Part shown: one piece after another, positions 36,133 to 45,833 of the stretch | Layout of the letters: each line of letters begins with the position of its first letter | Position numbering within the stretch: position 1 is the first letter of the stretch | Source: an uncultured Eubacteriales bacterium | GTDB lineage: Bacteria > Bacillota > Clostridia > Oscillospirales > CAG-272 | DNA: 64,000 nt | Direction of reading: 5' to 3' | Assembly (NCBI GenBank): GCA_934525675.1 | Contig: CAKSZH010000011.1 | Span: forward strand, 25,173 to 89,172 | The notes under the pieces: model-generated | Databases searched by the model: none | Told to the model about the DNA's origin: nothing | Seen by the model: the letters and a program-made list of their open reading frames with translations, nothing else | Made by a program: the position numbers and the translations under genes

Positions 36133-37551
36133 ATGCCGAACATGAGTCTGAAAAAGAATCCGATGCCGACGCAGGAGCCCGAGGTCAGAGCGCATAACTT
36201 CAAGGAAGTTGCACTCGGCTACGCAAAGGACACCGCGCTTGACGAGGCTGCAAGATGCCTGAACTGCAAGAATATGCCCTGTGTTACCGGCTGCCCGGTC
36301 AACATTCACATCCCCGAATTTATCGCAAAGATCAAGGAAGGCGACTTTGAGGGCGCTTACCAGGTGATTTCCAAGAACTCCGCGCTTCCCGCTGTCTGCG
36401 GTCGTGTCTGCCCGCAGGAGACCCAGTGCGAGAGCAAGTGCGTCCGCGGTATCAAGGGCGAGCCTGTCGGTATCGGCAGACTGGAGCGCTTTGTCGCCGA
36501 CTGGCATAACGAACATTCGACCGAGAAGCCGGTCGTCGCTCCCGCAAACGGTCACCGTGTGGCAATCGTTGGTTCCGGTCCTTCCGGTCTGACCTGCGCA
36601 GGCGATCTCGCAAGAAAGGGCTACAAGGTCACCGTGTTTGAAGCGCTGCACACCGCAGGCGGCGTGCTGGTGTACGGTATCCCCGAATTCCGTCTTCCCA
36701 AGGCAATCGTTCAGAAGGAAGTCGATAACCTTTCCGCGATGGGCGTGGATGTTGAGACCAACATGGTCATCGGCAAGACCCTGACCATCGACGAACTGTT
36801 TGAAGACGGTTATGAGGCGGTGTTCATCGGTTCCGGCGCAGGACTTCCCAACTTCATGGGAATCCCCGGCGAAGCATACAAGGGCGTTTACTCCGCGAAC
36901 GAGTTCCTGACCCGTTCCAACCTCATGAAGGCATACCGCGACGATCCCGTCACCCCGATCATGAAGGGCGGCAAGGTCGCTGTCGTCGGCGGCGGTAACG
37001 TCGCAATGGACGCCGCGCGTACCGCGCTCCGTCTGGGTGCCGAGAAGGTATACATTGTCTATCGTCGTTCCGAGGCAGAGCTTCCCGCACGTCGTGAGGA
37101 AGTCGAGCACGCGAAGGAAGAGGGAATTGAGTTCAAGCTGCTCAATAACCCCGTTGAGATTCTCGGCTACAACAATCCCGACGACAAGCGTGACCCGAAG
37201 AACGGTTTCGTGACCGGCATGAAGTGCATCCGCATGGAGCTGGGCGAGCCCGACGCGAAGGGCAGACGCCGTCCTGTTCCGATCGAAGGCAGTGAATTTG
37301 TCCTCGATGTGGATACGGTCGTCATCTCGATCGGTACCTCCCCGAACCCGCTTATCAAGTCCACCACCAAGGGACTGGATGTCAACGCACACGGCGGTAT
37401 CATCGTCGAAGAGGATACCGGCAAGACTTCCCGCGATGCCGTTTACGCAGGCGGTGACGCCGTGACCGGTGCTGCTACGGTTATTTCCGCAATGGGCGCC
37501 GGAAAGGTTGCCGCAAAGGCAATCGACGAGTTCCTCTCGAAGAAGAACTGA
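36133..37551 (+). CDS. nfnB: NfnB / homotetrameric-type glutamate synthase small-chain-like subunit
   Basis: Starts 1 nt after the nfnA stop. Two [4Fe-4S] motifs (CLNCKNMPCVTGCP, CGRVCPQETQCESKC). GSGPSGL and GGGNVAMD dinucleotide motifs. Confidence 0.8.
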   Translation: MPNMSLKKNPMPTQEPEVRAHNFKEVALGYAKDTALDEAARCLNCKNMPCVTGCPVNIHIPEFIAKIKEGDFEGAYQVISKNSALPAVCGRVCPQETQCESKCVRGIKGEPVGIGRLERFVADWHNEHSTEKPVVAPANGHRVAIVGSGPSGLTCAGDLARKGYKVTVFEALHTAGGVLVYGIPEFRLPKAIVQKEVDNLSAMGVDVETNMVIGKTLTIDELFEDGYEAVFIGSGAGLPNFMGIPGEAYKGVYSANEFLTRSNLMKAYRDDPVTPIMKGGKVAVVGGGNVAMDAARTALRLGAEKVYIVYRRSEAELPARREEVEHAKEEGIEFKLLNNPVEILGYNNPDDKRDPKNGFVTGMKCIRMELGEPDAKGRRRPVPIEGSEFVLDVDTVVISIGTSPNPLIKSTTKGLDVNAHGGIIVEEDTGKTSRDAVYAGGDAVTGAATVISAMGAGKVAAKAIDEFLSKKN

Positions 37552-37576
37552 GTTTTGGCGTAACATAAATAACACA

Positions 37577-37614
37577 CAGCCCCCGACGGCTTTGCCGTCG
37601 GGGACTGTTGTGTT
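37577..37614 (+). terminator. Rho-independent terminator of nfnAB
   Basis: ccccgacgg-ctttg-ccgtcgggg hairpin followed by a T-rich tract. Confidence 0.6.
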
Positions 37615-37771
37615 GGGGGAAAAGCCGCCCGGAGTTGTTTTGATTTGCCGAGGGATATTTCCCGGCGCCTGCAACAGGGCTTTATCGGGAATTTGTCATT
37701 GGTAAATACGTCCGGGAAAATCAGGGTATCATGTTTTGCAGGCGGGAAAAACGGATTATGCGGGCGGAATT

Positions 37772-37849
37772 CCGTAAACGGTGATTCGCCGTAAATGATG
37801 ACTTACCGCAGGCGCGACCCGTTGAAAACGGCGACTCCGTAAATGGTGA
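37772..37849 (+). repeat. Three 13-nt direct repeats CCGTAAAYGRTGA
   Basis: ccgtaaacggtga at 37772-37784, ccgtaaatgatga at 37789-37801, ccgtaaatggtga at 37837-37849. Confidence 0.75.
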
Positions 37850-37939
37850 AGGGAATCGTCATTTCTTTATGCGCCGGTTGCATAACCGTATGTCAAACCG
37901 GCATTTCCGCGCGGAAAGTAACCGTGTTATAATAAATAT

Positions 37940-38059
37940 AACGGAGATTGGATCCTCCGGTGGAAGCGCAAGTTCCGGCATGGGGATGCCGGGATTTGAT
38001 GTAAGCCTTCCGAACATTGTATTTCCGTCGGCTTCTTTGGGCAGAAGCCGACGGTTTTT
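37940..38059 (+). ncRNA. Candidate orphan small RNA (promoter plus intrinsic terminator, no ORF)
   Basis: TGtTATAAT extended -10 at 37925-37933. Internal hairpin ccggcat-gggg-atgccgg. Terminator ccgtcggcttct-ttgggc-agaagccgacgg plus TTTTT (38025-38059). No plus-strand gene downstream. Family unknown. Confidence 0.3.
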
Positions 38060-38505
38060 ATATTCGGGAAACCGGGTACGCTATCAAAAAACGGGGTACC
38101 TCAAAGAGCCGGGATTCATCCCGCCTGGGGCGACTTCCGCCCCCGCCGCGCCAACTCCGGCGGCGCGCCGGGGACTTCCGCCGCCCCGGGCGGGGCGGTG
38201 AAGTATGCCGTTTCCCCTCGCCCGCCCCGCCGTCGGATTCCCGCTTTCGCGGGTGCCCCGCCGACAGGCGGGGCGGGCGGCTCGGTTTCCGATGCTCAAA
38301 CAGAAAGCCGCGGAGGGATTCCCCCTCCGCGGCTTTGCAGCCGGACGACAACCGGATCACATCGCCGGATAACGGCAAATCAATCGGTGCCAACCGGGCG
38401 ACATCGCTTCAGACGACAGAATCGGGTACAGTGAAAAGAACCCGCTCGGTTTCCGGCAAAACCCGCCCGACTCAGATCCGGTACTCCCGACAGACCCCAT
38501 CTGCC

Positions 38506-39051
38506 TTAAATCCGGTACTCCCGGTAACTTCCGCCCCCGTCAAGATCCTTCCAGAGGAACAAGCCGTCCTCAAACGTCATGTAGCTGTGCGGGGAGTTCT
38601 CCTTGGGAATGGATACACTGCCCGGATTGAGGTGCAGATAACCCTCCTTCTCTTCGCACATCGGCACGTGGGTGTGCCCTTGCAGATAAATGCTTCCGGT
38701 TCCCGTCAGATACGGAACCACCGCCTCCGGGTGATGCCCGTGCGAGGCGTAAATGAGCCGGTCGCCTGCCGTGAGAACCGCGTAGTCCGCAAGAATCGGG
38801 AAGGGAAGCACCATCTGGTCTACCTCCGTATCGCAGTTGCCGCGGACACAGAGAAGACGCTTTGCAAGCGGGGAGAGCAGCGAGATGACCTCCTTCGGCG
38901 CATAATCGCGCGGCAGGTCGTTGCGGGGACCGTGATAGAGCAGGTCGCCGAGCAGAAGAATGCGTTCGGGCGCCTCGGCGGAAATGGCTTCCGTGAGCCT
39001 CCGCGTCCAGTATGCGGAACCGTGCAGGTCGGATGCAATCAGTATTTTCAT
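38506..39051 (-). CDS. YfcE/MJ0936-type metallophosphoesterase
   Basis: MKILIASDLHGS...GDLLYHGPRN...RGNCD...GHTH motifs. Internal ATG with GGAGAA RBS. The track ORF extends to 39165. Confidence 0.85.
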   Translation of the reverse strand: MKILIASDLHGSAYWTRRLTEAISAEAPERILLLGDLLYHGPRNDLPRDYAPKEVISLLSPLAKRLLCVRGNCDTEVDQMVLPFPILADYAVLTAGDRLIYASHGHHPEAVVPYLTGTGSIYLQGHTHVPMCEEKEGYLHLNPGSVSIPKENSPHSYMTFEDGLFLWKDLDGGGSYREYRI

Positions 39052-39229
39052 AGGATTCTCCTTGTCGAATATTGTGATTTTCAGCGGCGGAATCGCCGCA
39101 ACTTTGGACAGAATTGCGCTTGAAACCGGATGCCGTTTTGCGGTATGATGGAAACAGACAAACAAAACGTTTCGCCGGAATGCGCCCGATACGAAAGGGA
39201 TAATTCCCGGGAAATCGAATGGAGGACGT

Positions 39230-40609
39230 ATGAATCAGGACCTGACAGTCGGAAAACCCGGTCGTGTGCTGTGGAAATTTTGCCTGCCGCTCTTCGGCAG
39301 TATCATTTTTCAGCAACTATATAACATTGCGGACAGCCTTGTCGCCGGAAAATTCATCGGCGAAAATGCGCTCGCAGCAGTCGGAAACAGCTACGAGATC
39401 ACCCTGATCTTCCTTGCGTTCGCGTTCGGCTGCAACATCGGCGTGTCCGTCATCGTGTCCCAGCTCTTCGGCGCAAAGGAATACGGTAAAATGAAAACAG
39501 CCGTTTCCACAGCGAGCATCGCGGGTGCGGTGCTTTGCGCCGTGCTCATGCTCTGCGGCTTCCTCTTTACCGATCCTCTGCTTGCGCTCATCAATACGCC
39601 CGCGGAGATTCTCGACGATTGCCGCCTGTACCTCGATATTTATGTGGCGGGTCTGCCGTTCGTCTTCTTTTATAACATTGCGACCGGTATTTTCTCCGCG
39701 CTCGGCGATTCCCGCACGCCGTTCTGGTTTCTTGCCGCTTCGTCTACGGCGAACATCGGCGCGGATATTCTGTTCGTGACCACATTTCGGATGGGTGTTG
39801 CCGGTGTTGCGTGGGCTACCTTCATCTGTCAGGGCGTCAGTTGTGTGCTCGCCGTGCTGTTCGTGGTCAAACGGCTTGCCGGATTCCGCGGAACGGGAAA
39901 ACTGCAGATCTTTTCCGCCTCGCTCCTCGGGCGCATCGCCGTCATCGCAATCCCGAGTATTTTGCAACAGAGCTTCGTTTCGGTCGGTAACATCATGATT
40001 CAGAGTGTCATCAACAACTTCCGCGCAACCGTCATTGCCGGCTATTCCGCCGCCATCAAGCTCAATAACCTGGCACTTACGTCCTTTACCACCATCGGCA
40101 ACGGAATCTCCAACTACACGGCGCAGAACCGCGGAGCGGGGAAGTACGACCGCATCCGCGCGGGATTCCCGGCGGCGGTGCGTATGATTCTGTGTATCGC
40201 CGTCCCGTTCGCCGCCCTGTTCCTGCTTGGCGGCAGACCCCTCGTCTCGCTCTTCATGGAGCACCCGGAGGGCGGAGCCATGGATGTCGCTCTGGAATTT
40301 TTGCGCATTGTCTCGCCGTTCTATCTGGTCATCTCTGTCAAGATGATCGCGGACGGCATCCTGCGCGGTTCCGGCAAGATGGTGCGGTTCATGATCGCGA
40401 CCTTCACCGACCTGATTCTGCGCGTGGTGCTTGCCACTGTCCTGTCTAAACCGTTCGGCACAACGGGTATCTGGTCGGCGTGGCCGGTCGGCTGGTGCAT
40501 TGCGACCGTGGTGTCGTTGGTGTTCTGCCTCCTTGCCATCCGCAAGAAGCATGACCCGAAGCCGCTGACTCCCCTGGAAGAGGCAGAGAAGCAGGAGGAT
40601 GTTGCCTGA
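39230..40609 (+). CDS. MATE family efflux transporter
   Basis: LWKFCLPLFGSIIFQQLYNIADSLVAG N-terminus, ~12 TM, 459 aa. Confidence 0.85.
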   Translation: MNQDLTVGKPGRVLWKFCLPLFGSIIFQQLYNIADSLVAGKFIGENALAAVGNSYEITLIFLAFAFGCNIGVSVIVSQLFGAKEYGKMKTAVSTASIAGAVLCAVLMLCGFLFTDPLLALINTPAEILDDCRLYLDIYVAGLPFVFFYNIATGIFSALGDSRTPFWFLAASSTANIGADILFVTTFRMGVAGVAWATFICQGVSCVLAVLFVVKRLAGFRGTGKLQIFSASLLGRIAVIAIPSILQQSFVSVGNIMIQSVINNFRATVIAGYSAAIKLNNLALTSFTTIGNGISNYTAQNRGAGKYDRIRAGFPAAVRMILCIAVPFAALFLLGGRPLVSLFMEHPEGGAMDVALEFLRIVSPFYLVISVKMIADGILRGSGKMVRFMIATFTDLILRVVLATVLSKPFGTTGIWSAWPVGWCIATVVSLVFCLLAIRKKHDPKPLTPLEEAEKQEDVA

Positions 40610-40755
40610 TCCGCCCGGATGGGAAACTTCCCGGAGCGAGCGGAGACATGACACTGCGTTTTTTCCGGAACGGAAAGAAGCTGACATCAAGTCTCATCCG
40701 GGGCGGCACATAGCGGTATCGCGTCCGCGGCTCCGGAACAATCGGATACAAACCA

Positions 40756-40782
40756 ATCCCCGCCGTCAGGCGGGGATTTTTT
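40756..40782. terminator. Terminator between the convergent MATE and hydrogenase genes
   Basis: atccccgcc-gtca-ggcggggat followed by tttttt. Confidence 0.7.
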
Positions 40783-40858
40783 ATTACGGTAGGGCGGGAA
40801 AAAACGAGTGCCGCAAGAACCCCGGAAGAGGGGAGCGCGGATCGCGGGATCGCCTTTA

Positions 40859-42304
40859 TCAGTTGTGCTTGAGAATCCCGATTGCATCGGAAATGCGCTT
40901 CTCGTGCGCGAGCTTTCCGTATTCGTCTACTTCGGCACGGTTCTTCTCTCCGTGCGTCAGGCATCCGGCACCGCCGATACAACCGCCGACGCACGCCATG
41001 CCTTCAATGAAGTTGGCATCCAGCACGCCCTTGGAAAGCCGGAGCAGTGCCATGCGGCATTCCTCAATGCCGTCGCAGGAGACCGGCTTGTAGTCAAATT
41101 CCGTGTCCCCGTGTTCGGCAATCCCTTCGCGTACCGCGTCGGCAAGTCCGCCGCTGCGTGCAAAGATCCGCCCGAAATAGGACGCATTGTCAAGCGAGTT
41201 TTCTTCAAGCGACATAATGTCAATGTCCCGGCTGTCAAAGAGCGCCTGCAATTCCTCGAAGGTGATCACGCTGTCCACGTAAGGGCGCACCTCCGGCTTC
41301 TGAAACTCCATTTTCTTTGCGGTGCAGGGACCGATGAAAACGACACGTGCCTTGTCGTCGGAGGATTTGATGTATTTTGCGATCGCAGCCATCGGAGAGA
41401 GCGTTCCGGAAACCAGATCGGCAAGCGCGGGGAACTGCTTCTTGACATATGCCACGAACGCAGGACAACAGGAGCTGGTCAGCTTACCCTTCTTCACCAG
41501 CTCGCGGGATTCCTCATCCGCAACCATATCCGCGCCGAGCGCCGCTTCCACAACGGTGTGGAACCCGAGCGCCTTGATGCCGGATACTACCTGACCAAGC
41601 TTTGCATAAGTGAACTGACTGGAGATGGACGGCGCGACCACCGCGTATACGCGGGTCCCGGCGGCAGGACTTTTCTTGAGAAGGTCAATGACGTTGAGGA
41701 TGTACGATTTGTCCGAAATGGCACCAAACGGGCACTGGTAAACACAGGCGCCGCAGGAAATGCACTTTTCGTTGTCGATGGATGCGGCGCTGTCGGCGTT
41801 GACCGAGATCGCCTTGACCTTACAGGAGCTGACGCAGGGACGCTTGAAATTCATGATCGCGCTGTACGGACAGACCTTGGCGCACGCGCCGCACTCCACG
41901 CATTTGGTTTTGTCGATGTGGGCGACGTGGTTTTCGTCGAGCGTGATCGCTCCGCGGCGGCAGACATCCTCACAGCGGTGTGCAAGACAGCCGCGGCAGG
42001 CGTTGGTCACCTCGTAGCCGCCCATCGGGCATTCGTCGCAGGCGATGTCGATGACCTCGATGACATTGGGGTTTTCCTTGTTTCCGCCCATGGCGAGCTT
42101 GACGCGCTCTCCGAGAATCGCACGCTCCTTGTAGACACAGCAACGCATGGTCGGCACCTTGCCGGGGGCAATGATCTTGGGAATGTCCGTCACCTTTTCA
42201 AGCAGCGTTCCGTTCCAGGTGCATCTTGCAACCTCGCGGAGCACCTTGTATTTGAGATGCTGGACTTTGGTATCGAATTTTCTCAGCTTCGGGGTATCCT
42301 GCAT
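40859..42304 (-). CDS. [FeFe]-hydrogenase with canonical H-cluster motifs and N-terminal multi-[4Fe-4S] region
   Basis: L1 TSSCCPAF, L2 GPCTAKKME, L3 EGMACVGGCIGG. Ferredoxin motifs CVECGACAKVCP and CISCGACVYQCP. Confidence 0.85.
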   Translation of the reverse strand: MQDTPKLRKFDTKVQHLKYKVLREVARCTWNGTLLEKVTDIPKIIAPGKVPTMRCCVYKERAILGERVKLAMGGNKENPNVIEVIDIACDECPMGGYEVTNACRGCLAHRCEDVCRRGAITLDENHVAHIDKTKCVECGACAKVCPYSAIMNFKRPCVSSCKVKAISVNADSAASIDNEKCISCGACVYQCPFGAISDKSYILNVIDLLKKSPAAGTRVYAVVAPSISSQFTYAKLGQVVSGIKALGFHTVVEAALGADMVADEESRELVKKGKLTSSCCPAFVAYVKKQFPALADLVSGTLSPMAAIAKYIKSSDDKARVVFIGPCTAKKMEFQKPEVRPYVDSVITFEELQALFDSRDIDIMSLEENSLDNASYFGRIFARSGGLADAVREGIAEHGDTEFDYKPVSCDGIEECRMALLRLSKGVLDANFIEGMACVGGCIGGAGCLTHGEKNRAEVDEYGKLAHEKRISDAIGILKHN

Positions 42305-42313
42305 ATTGACTCC

Positions 42314-43495
42314 TTAAAAATAACTGACCTTGACGCGCTTTCCCATTTTGGTAAGGCAATCGGAAAGCTCGGTGACAAGCTGCATTTTGATGTTGAAATT
42401 GATGGGCAGATCGGGGTTCTGGTGCGCCGGGTTGATGGCTCTGCCCACGAAGAAATTGATGTCGGTCGCTTCCTCAAAGAGAAGCCGCGCGATCATGGAC
42501 GCGCCGTCCCGCTTGAAGCTCCATTGCTCGTAGCTCTTGTTGTCGGCGAGGTAATCCTTGGCGTACTCCAGGACGCGGTTGATTGTGATGACGCCCTCCG
42601 TGACCAGATCGACGCCCTCCAGCGTCGCGGTCGGCGGGATGCCCTTGTCCTCGAAATCAAGGCTCGGAATGAGCGGCTTGTTCAGGTACTTTGCGGCAAT
42701 GGACGAGGTGGTTCCGCCGCAGACGATGTGCTTGCCTTCCTTGGAAAAGAACAGTGCCATCATCTTGTTGCAATCGTCGCGGTGGGAGGGCGGACCGAAG
42801 AGAATGTTCATCGGCTCTCTCTTGCGGATCCGCACCATGCACGCGGTCGCGTCGTCGCCGGGGTGTTTGCCGTAGAGCTTGTTTACCTCGTCGATGAAGA
42901 TGGTGGACAGCGTTTTGGCGGTGTACCCGACCCCTTCAAAGGTGCCGAGAAATTCGATGATGTCCTCTCTCTTCCAGCCGAAATTGTAGGTCACGCCGAT
43001 TCCCGCGTGGGGACAGCCGTCGCTCATCAGCACAAAGAGATCATTTTCCCGGAGCGGGAGGACGGATTTGTAGATCTTTTTTCCGCCGATGCTGATCTCG
43101 GTCCTCGGATAATCGTAATTTGCGCCGTCCCGGAACAGAATGACCTGCGGATTGTCGTACTGCATCAGCTCCGCCTCGGTACTGTCGGGGGAAATGTGCA
43201 GAACGGTGAAGGTCGAATAGGCAACTCCGCGTACCGAACAGACCGGGAGCGTAGCCGCGATGGTGGATACGCAGTCCTCCAGCGCCAGCCCCTCCGCCAT
43301 CATGGTGGAGATGATCTTGGCGGTCAGGGTGGACAGGATGCTTGCCTTGACCCCGCTTCCGAGCCCGTCGGCAAGCACGACGACGGTGGAGCCGTCCTCC
43401 GCCGCTGCCACGTCGATGTGATCCCCGCAGAGCACCTCGCCGTCGTGGTTGATGCTCTTGTAGCCGATGTCGGCGCAGAAGTTATTCATCATCAT
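42314..43495 (-). CDS. PP2C/SpoIIE-family serine phosphatase
   Basis: GDHIDV...VVVLADGLGSGVKASI... Overlaps the hydS stop by 14 nt. 9 nt before the downstream hydrogenase start. Confidence 0.85.
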   Translation of the reverse strand: MMMNNFCADIGYKSINHDGEVLCGDHIDVAAAEDGSTVVVLADGLGSGVKASILSTLTAKIISTMMAEGLALEDCVSTIAATLPVCSVRGVAYSTFTVLHISPDSTEAELMQYDNPQVILFRDGANYDYPRTEISIGGKKIYKSVLPLRENDLFVLMSDGCPHAGIGVTYNFGWKREDIIEFLGTFEGVGYTAKTLSTIFIDEVNKLYGKHPGDDATACMVRIRKREPMNILFGPPSHRDDCNKMMALFFSKEGKHIVCGGTTSSIAAKYLNKPLIPSLDFEDKGIPPTATLEGVDLVTEGVITINRVLEYAKDYLADNKSYEQWSFKRDGASMIARLLFEEATDINFFVGRAINPAHQNPDLPINFNIKMQLVTELSDCLTKMGKRVKVSYF

Positions 43496-45179
43496 TGGTG
43501 GACTCCTTGAGCTTGGTCAGGGCGATCTTGGTCTCCGCGGCGGTTTCGCCGAGCAGGGATGCGATCTCCTGTACGATGCGCATCTGCTTTTCCACCACGC
43601 GGTCAGCGGTCTCCACCGTCTGGCGGCGGAGATTCTCCTTCTTTTCGCGCGCCTCCTGCTCGTCGGTCACGTCGCGGAGCGTGCAGAGCAACGTGTGATC
43701 GTCGCGGCTGCGCGTGATGGTCATGACCACGTAGCGTCCGTATTCCGCAAGATAGGTGCGGCGGTCGAAAATGCCGCGCCCGGTGTTCTCCACCTGCACG
43801 AAATCCTTGGGGTCAAGGATGCGGTTGACCGGCTCGCCGAGCACATCGGATGCCGAGCGGAGGTTGAGGATTTTGCGCGCGGCAAGGTTGATCTGCTGGA
43901 CCTCCAGGTCACCGTTGATGACGAGAATACCGTCTGGACTGTTATTCAGAATGTTGTCCGAAAAGCTCTCGGCACGGCGGGTCAGATACGGCATACACAT
44001 GGACGGATCGGCTTTCCCGCGGAATACCGCAATTGCCTTTTCCCGGCAGGTGTCGTAGCCGCAGGAGCCGCAGTTGAGCTCGTCCTCGGGGCGGCTCTTG
44101 CCCATTTTGAGAAGGATTTGCTTCAGCTCCTCCTCGGTTGGGAGCGTTTCGGAACGATACAGATCCGTCATGGGCTTGCGGAGCGCAGAGGGGAAGGGCT
44201 GCTCCACGGGGAAATCCTCCTCTCCCGTATAACGGCTGACCGCAATGTACTCCTCTACCGGCTTGCGGTGATATTTTTCCATCACAGGTCCGCCGACACA
44301 GCTTCCGTAGCAGGCGGACAGCTCGATCATGCAGTGGTGCACCTTTCCGCTTATCACGTCGCGGAGTACCGCAATGCAGTTCTCGGTGCCGTCCACGGCA
44401 AGATAGGTATAGTCGCTCAGCCGCTCGGTCAGTGAGCGCAGAACGCCGCCAGTCGTCGGAAAGCTGCGTGCTCTGCCGGTCCTCTCCCGCTTTTCGGGTG
44501 CGCCGTCTGCGGGGGACTCCGGGAGCGCAATGTGTTCTGCCTCCAGCCACCTGGACAATTGCTCAAAGGTCAGCACTGCGTCCACAAGGTCGCCGCAGGT
44601 TGCTGCTTCATCCTTTTTCGCAACGCAGGGACCGATGAACACGGTCTTCGCGCCGGGAATCCGCTCCTTGATGTCGCGGCAGTGTGCCTGCATCGGGGAG
44701 AGCACGTCCGCAAGGTAGGGAAGTGCTTCCGGGAAATGCTTTTCGATGAGCAGATTGACCGCGTGACAGCAGGAAGTCAGCAGAATGTCGCGGTGTTCCT
44801 CGCGGAGGATGCGCTCGTATTCCCGTTTGACAAAGGTAGCGCCGACGGCGGTCTCCTCCACGCCGGCAAAGCCGAGCTTTGTGAGTGCCCCGCGCATGGC
44901 TTCAATGGTCAGCCCGTTGTAGTTGGCAACAAAGGACGGCGCAAGGCTGACATATACCGGATCCCCGGACTGAATCAGCACACGCACCTTTTCGGTCTCG
45001 TCCCCGATCTGCTTTGCCCCTTGCGGGCAGACCACGAAGCACTGTCCGCAGAGGATACAGTCCTCGGGGACGATGTGCGCCTGGTTGCCGGAAAACCGGA
45101 TCGACTTGACGGGGCAGTGGCGGATGCATTTATAACAATTCTTGCAGTTGGATTTCTTGAGGCTGAGACATTCAGTCAT
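43482..45179 (-). CDS. hydS: Sensory-type [FeFe]-hydrogenase homolog with C-terminal 4-Cys motif and PAS domain
   Basis: N-terminal CKNCYKCIRHCP/CILCGQCFVVCP. Degenerate H-cluster motifs TSCCHA, GPCVAKKDE, ELSACYGSCVGG. CGSCGYDTC then a PAS-like region (NSPDGILVINGDLEVQQINLAARKIL). ATG at 45179 preferred; the track start at 45209 is TTG. Confidence 0.85.
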   Translation of the reverse strand: MTECLSLKKSNCKNCYKCIRHCPVKSIRFSGNQAHIVPEDCILCGQCFVVCPQGAKQIGDETEKVRVLIQSGDPVYVSLAPSFVANYNGLTIEAMRGALTKLGFAGVEETAVGATFVKREYERILREEHRDILLTSCCHAVNLLIEKHFPEALPYLADVLSPMQAHCRDIKERIPGAKTVFIGPCVAKKDEAATCGDLVDAVLTFEQLSRWLEAEHIALPESPADGAPEKRERTGRARSFPTTGGVLRSLTERLSDYTYLAVDGTENCIAVLRDVISGKVHHCMIELSACYGSCVGGPVMEKYHRKPVEEYIAVSRYTGEEDFPVEQPFPSALRKPMTDLYRSETLPTEEELKQILLKMGKSRPEDELNCGSCGYDTCREKAIAVFRGKADPSMCMPYLTRRAESFSDNILNNSPDGILVINGDLEVQQINLAARKILNLRSASDVLGEPVNRILDPKDFVQVENTGRGIFDRRTYLAEYGRYVVMTITRSRDDHTLLCTLRDVTDEQEAREKKENLRRQTVETADRVVEKQMRIVQEIASLLGETAAETKIALTKLKESTNDDE

Positions 45180-45441
45180 AAGTACTCTCCCCCCGGAGTT
45201 TTTCAACAATATGTGCCCGGAAAAATTCCCGGAAGTTTTCCGGCGTGATGCCGGTCACGATTTCACCATCCACACGGAGGTTGACACCGTTCCGGTTACA
45301 GGCACCGAGGCACAGGCAGCCGATGAGGTCCACCTCGTCGGTCAGTCCTTCCTTGTCCAGTGCCTCGCGGAACAGCCGGATGATCTCCTCGGAGCCTTTG
45401 ATATAACAGGAGCTTCCGACACAAATCTCCACCTGAATCAT
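45172..45441 (-). CDS. Thioredoxin-like [2Fe-2S] ferredoxin-domain protein
   Basis: VCVGSSCYIKGS...CLCLGACNRNG four-Cys pattern. Tandem paralog of 45438..45689. Confidence 0.7.
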   Translation of the reverse strand: MIQVEICVGSSCYIKGSEEIIRLFREALDKEGLTDEVDLIGCLCLGACNRNGVNLRVDGEIVTGITPENFREFFRAHIVEKLRGESTYD

Positions 45442-45689
45442 ACGCCGGCATCCAGCTTTCCGAGGATTTCTTTGGTAAAGAAGTCGTCCACCGTATCCGG
45501 CGAGACGGAATAGGTTTCACCGTCCACCGTGACGTTGACGCCGGTCCGGCATTGTCCCATACAGAAGGTTCCGGCAAGCTCCACGCGATCCTTGAGATGG
45601 TTTTCTGAGATCAGGTAACGAAGGGTCTCCACGATCTGGCGGGAGCCCTTGAGGTGGCAGGAACTGCCGATGCATACCGTAATTTTCAT
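45438..45689 (-). CDS. Thioredoxin-like [2Fe-2S] ferredoxin-domain protein
   Basis: VCIGSSCHLKGS...FCMGQCRTG four-Cys pattern. ATGA overlap with the next gene. Confidence 0.7.
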   Translation of the reverse strand: MKITVCIGSSCHLKGSRQIVETLRYLISENHLKDRVELAGTFCMGQCRTGVNVTVDGETYSVSPDTVDDFFTKEILGKLDAGV

Positions 45690-45833
45690 GGTGTTTTCCT
45701 TTCATGTTGCGTTTTATGCGGTCTGACCGGGACGTTTTTGCGGCATGGAGACGGAAAACCCGGCACCTGATTTTCTGTATTGCGCAGGGAGAACCCCGTA
45801 CCTCCCGGCGCGGGGTTCTTGAAAGAACTTGGA

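Noticed and set aside
38017-39123. 368-aa plus-strand ORF, plus 38058..38393 and 38570..39316 minus
   Set aside because: These span the GC-rich non-coding block and the antisense of the phosphoesterase gene. They are extremely Arg/Pro/Gly-rich with no motifs.
40808-43510. 900-aa plus-strand ORF, plus 43467..44435, 44532..45248, 45780..46631 and 46616..48649
   Set aside because: All are antisense shadows of the hydrogenase, PP2C, hydS, kinase and adhE genes on the minus strand.
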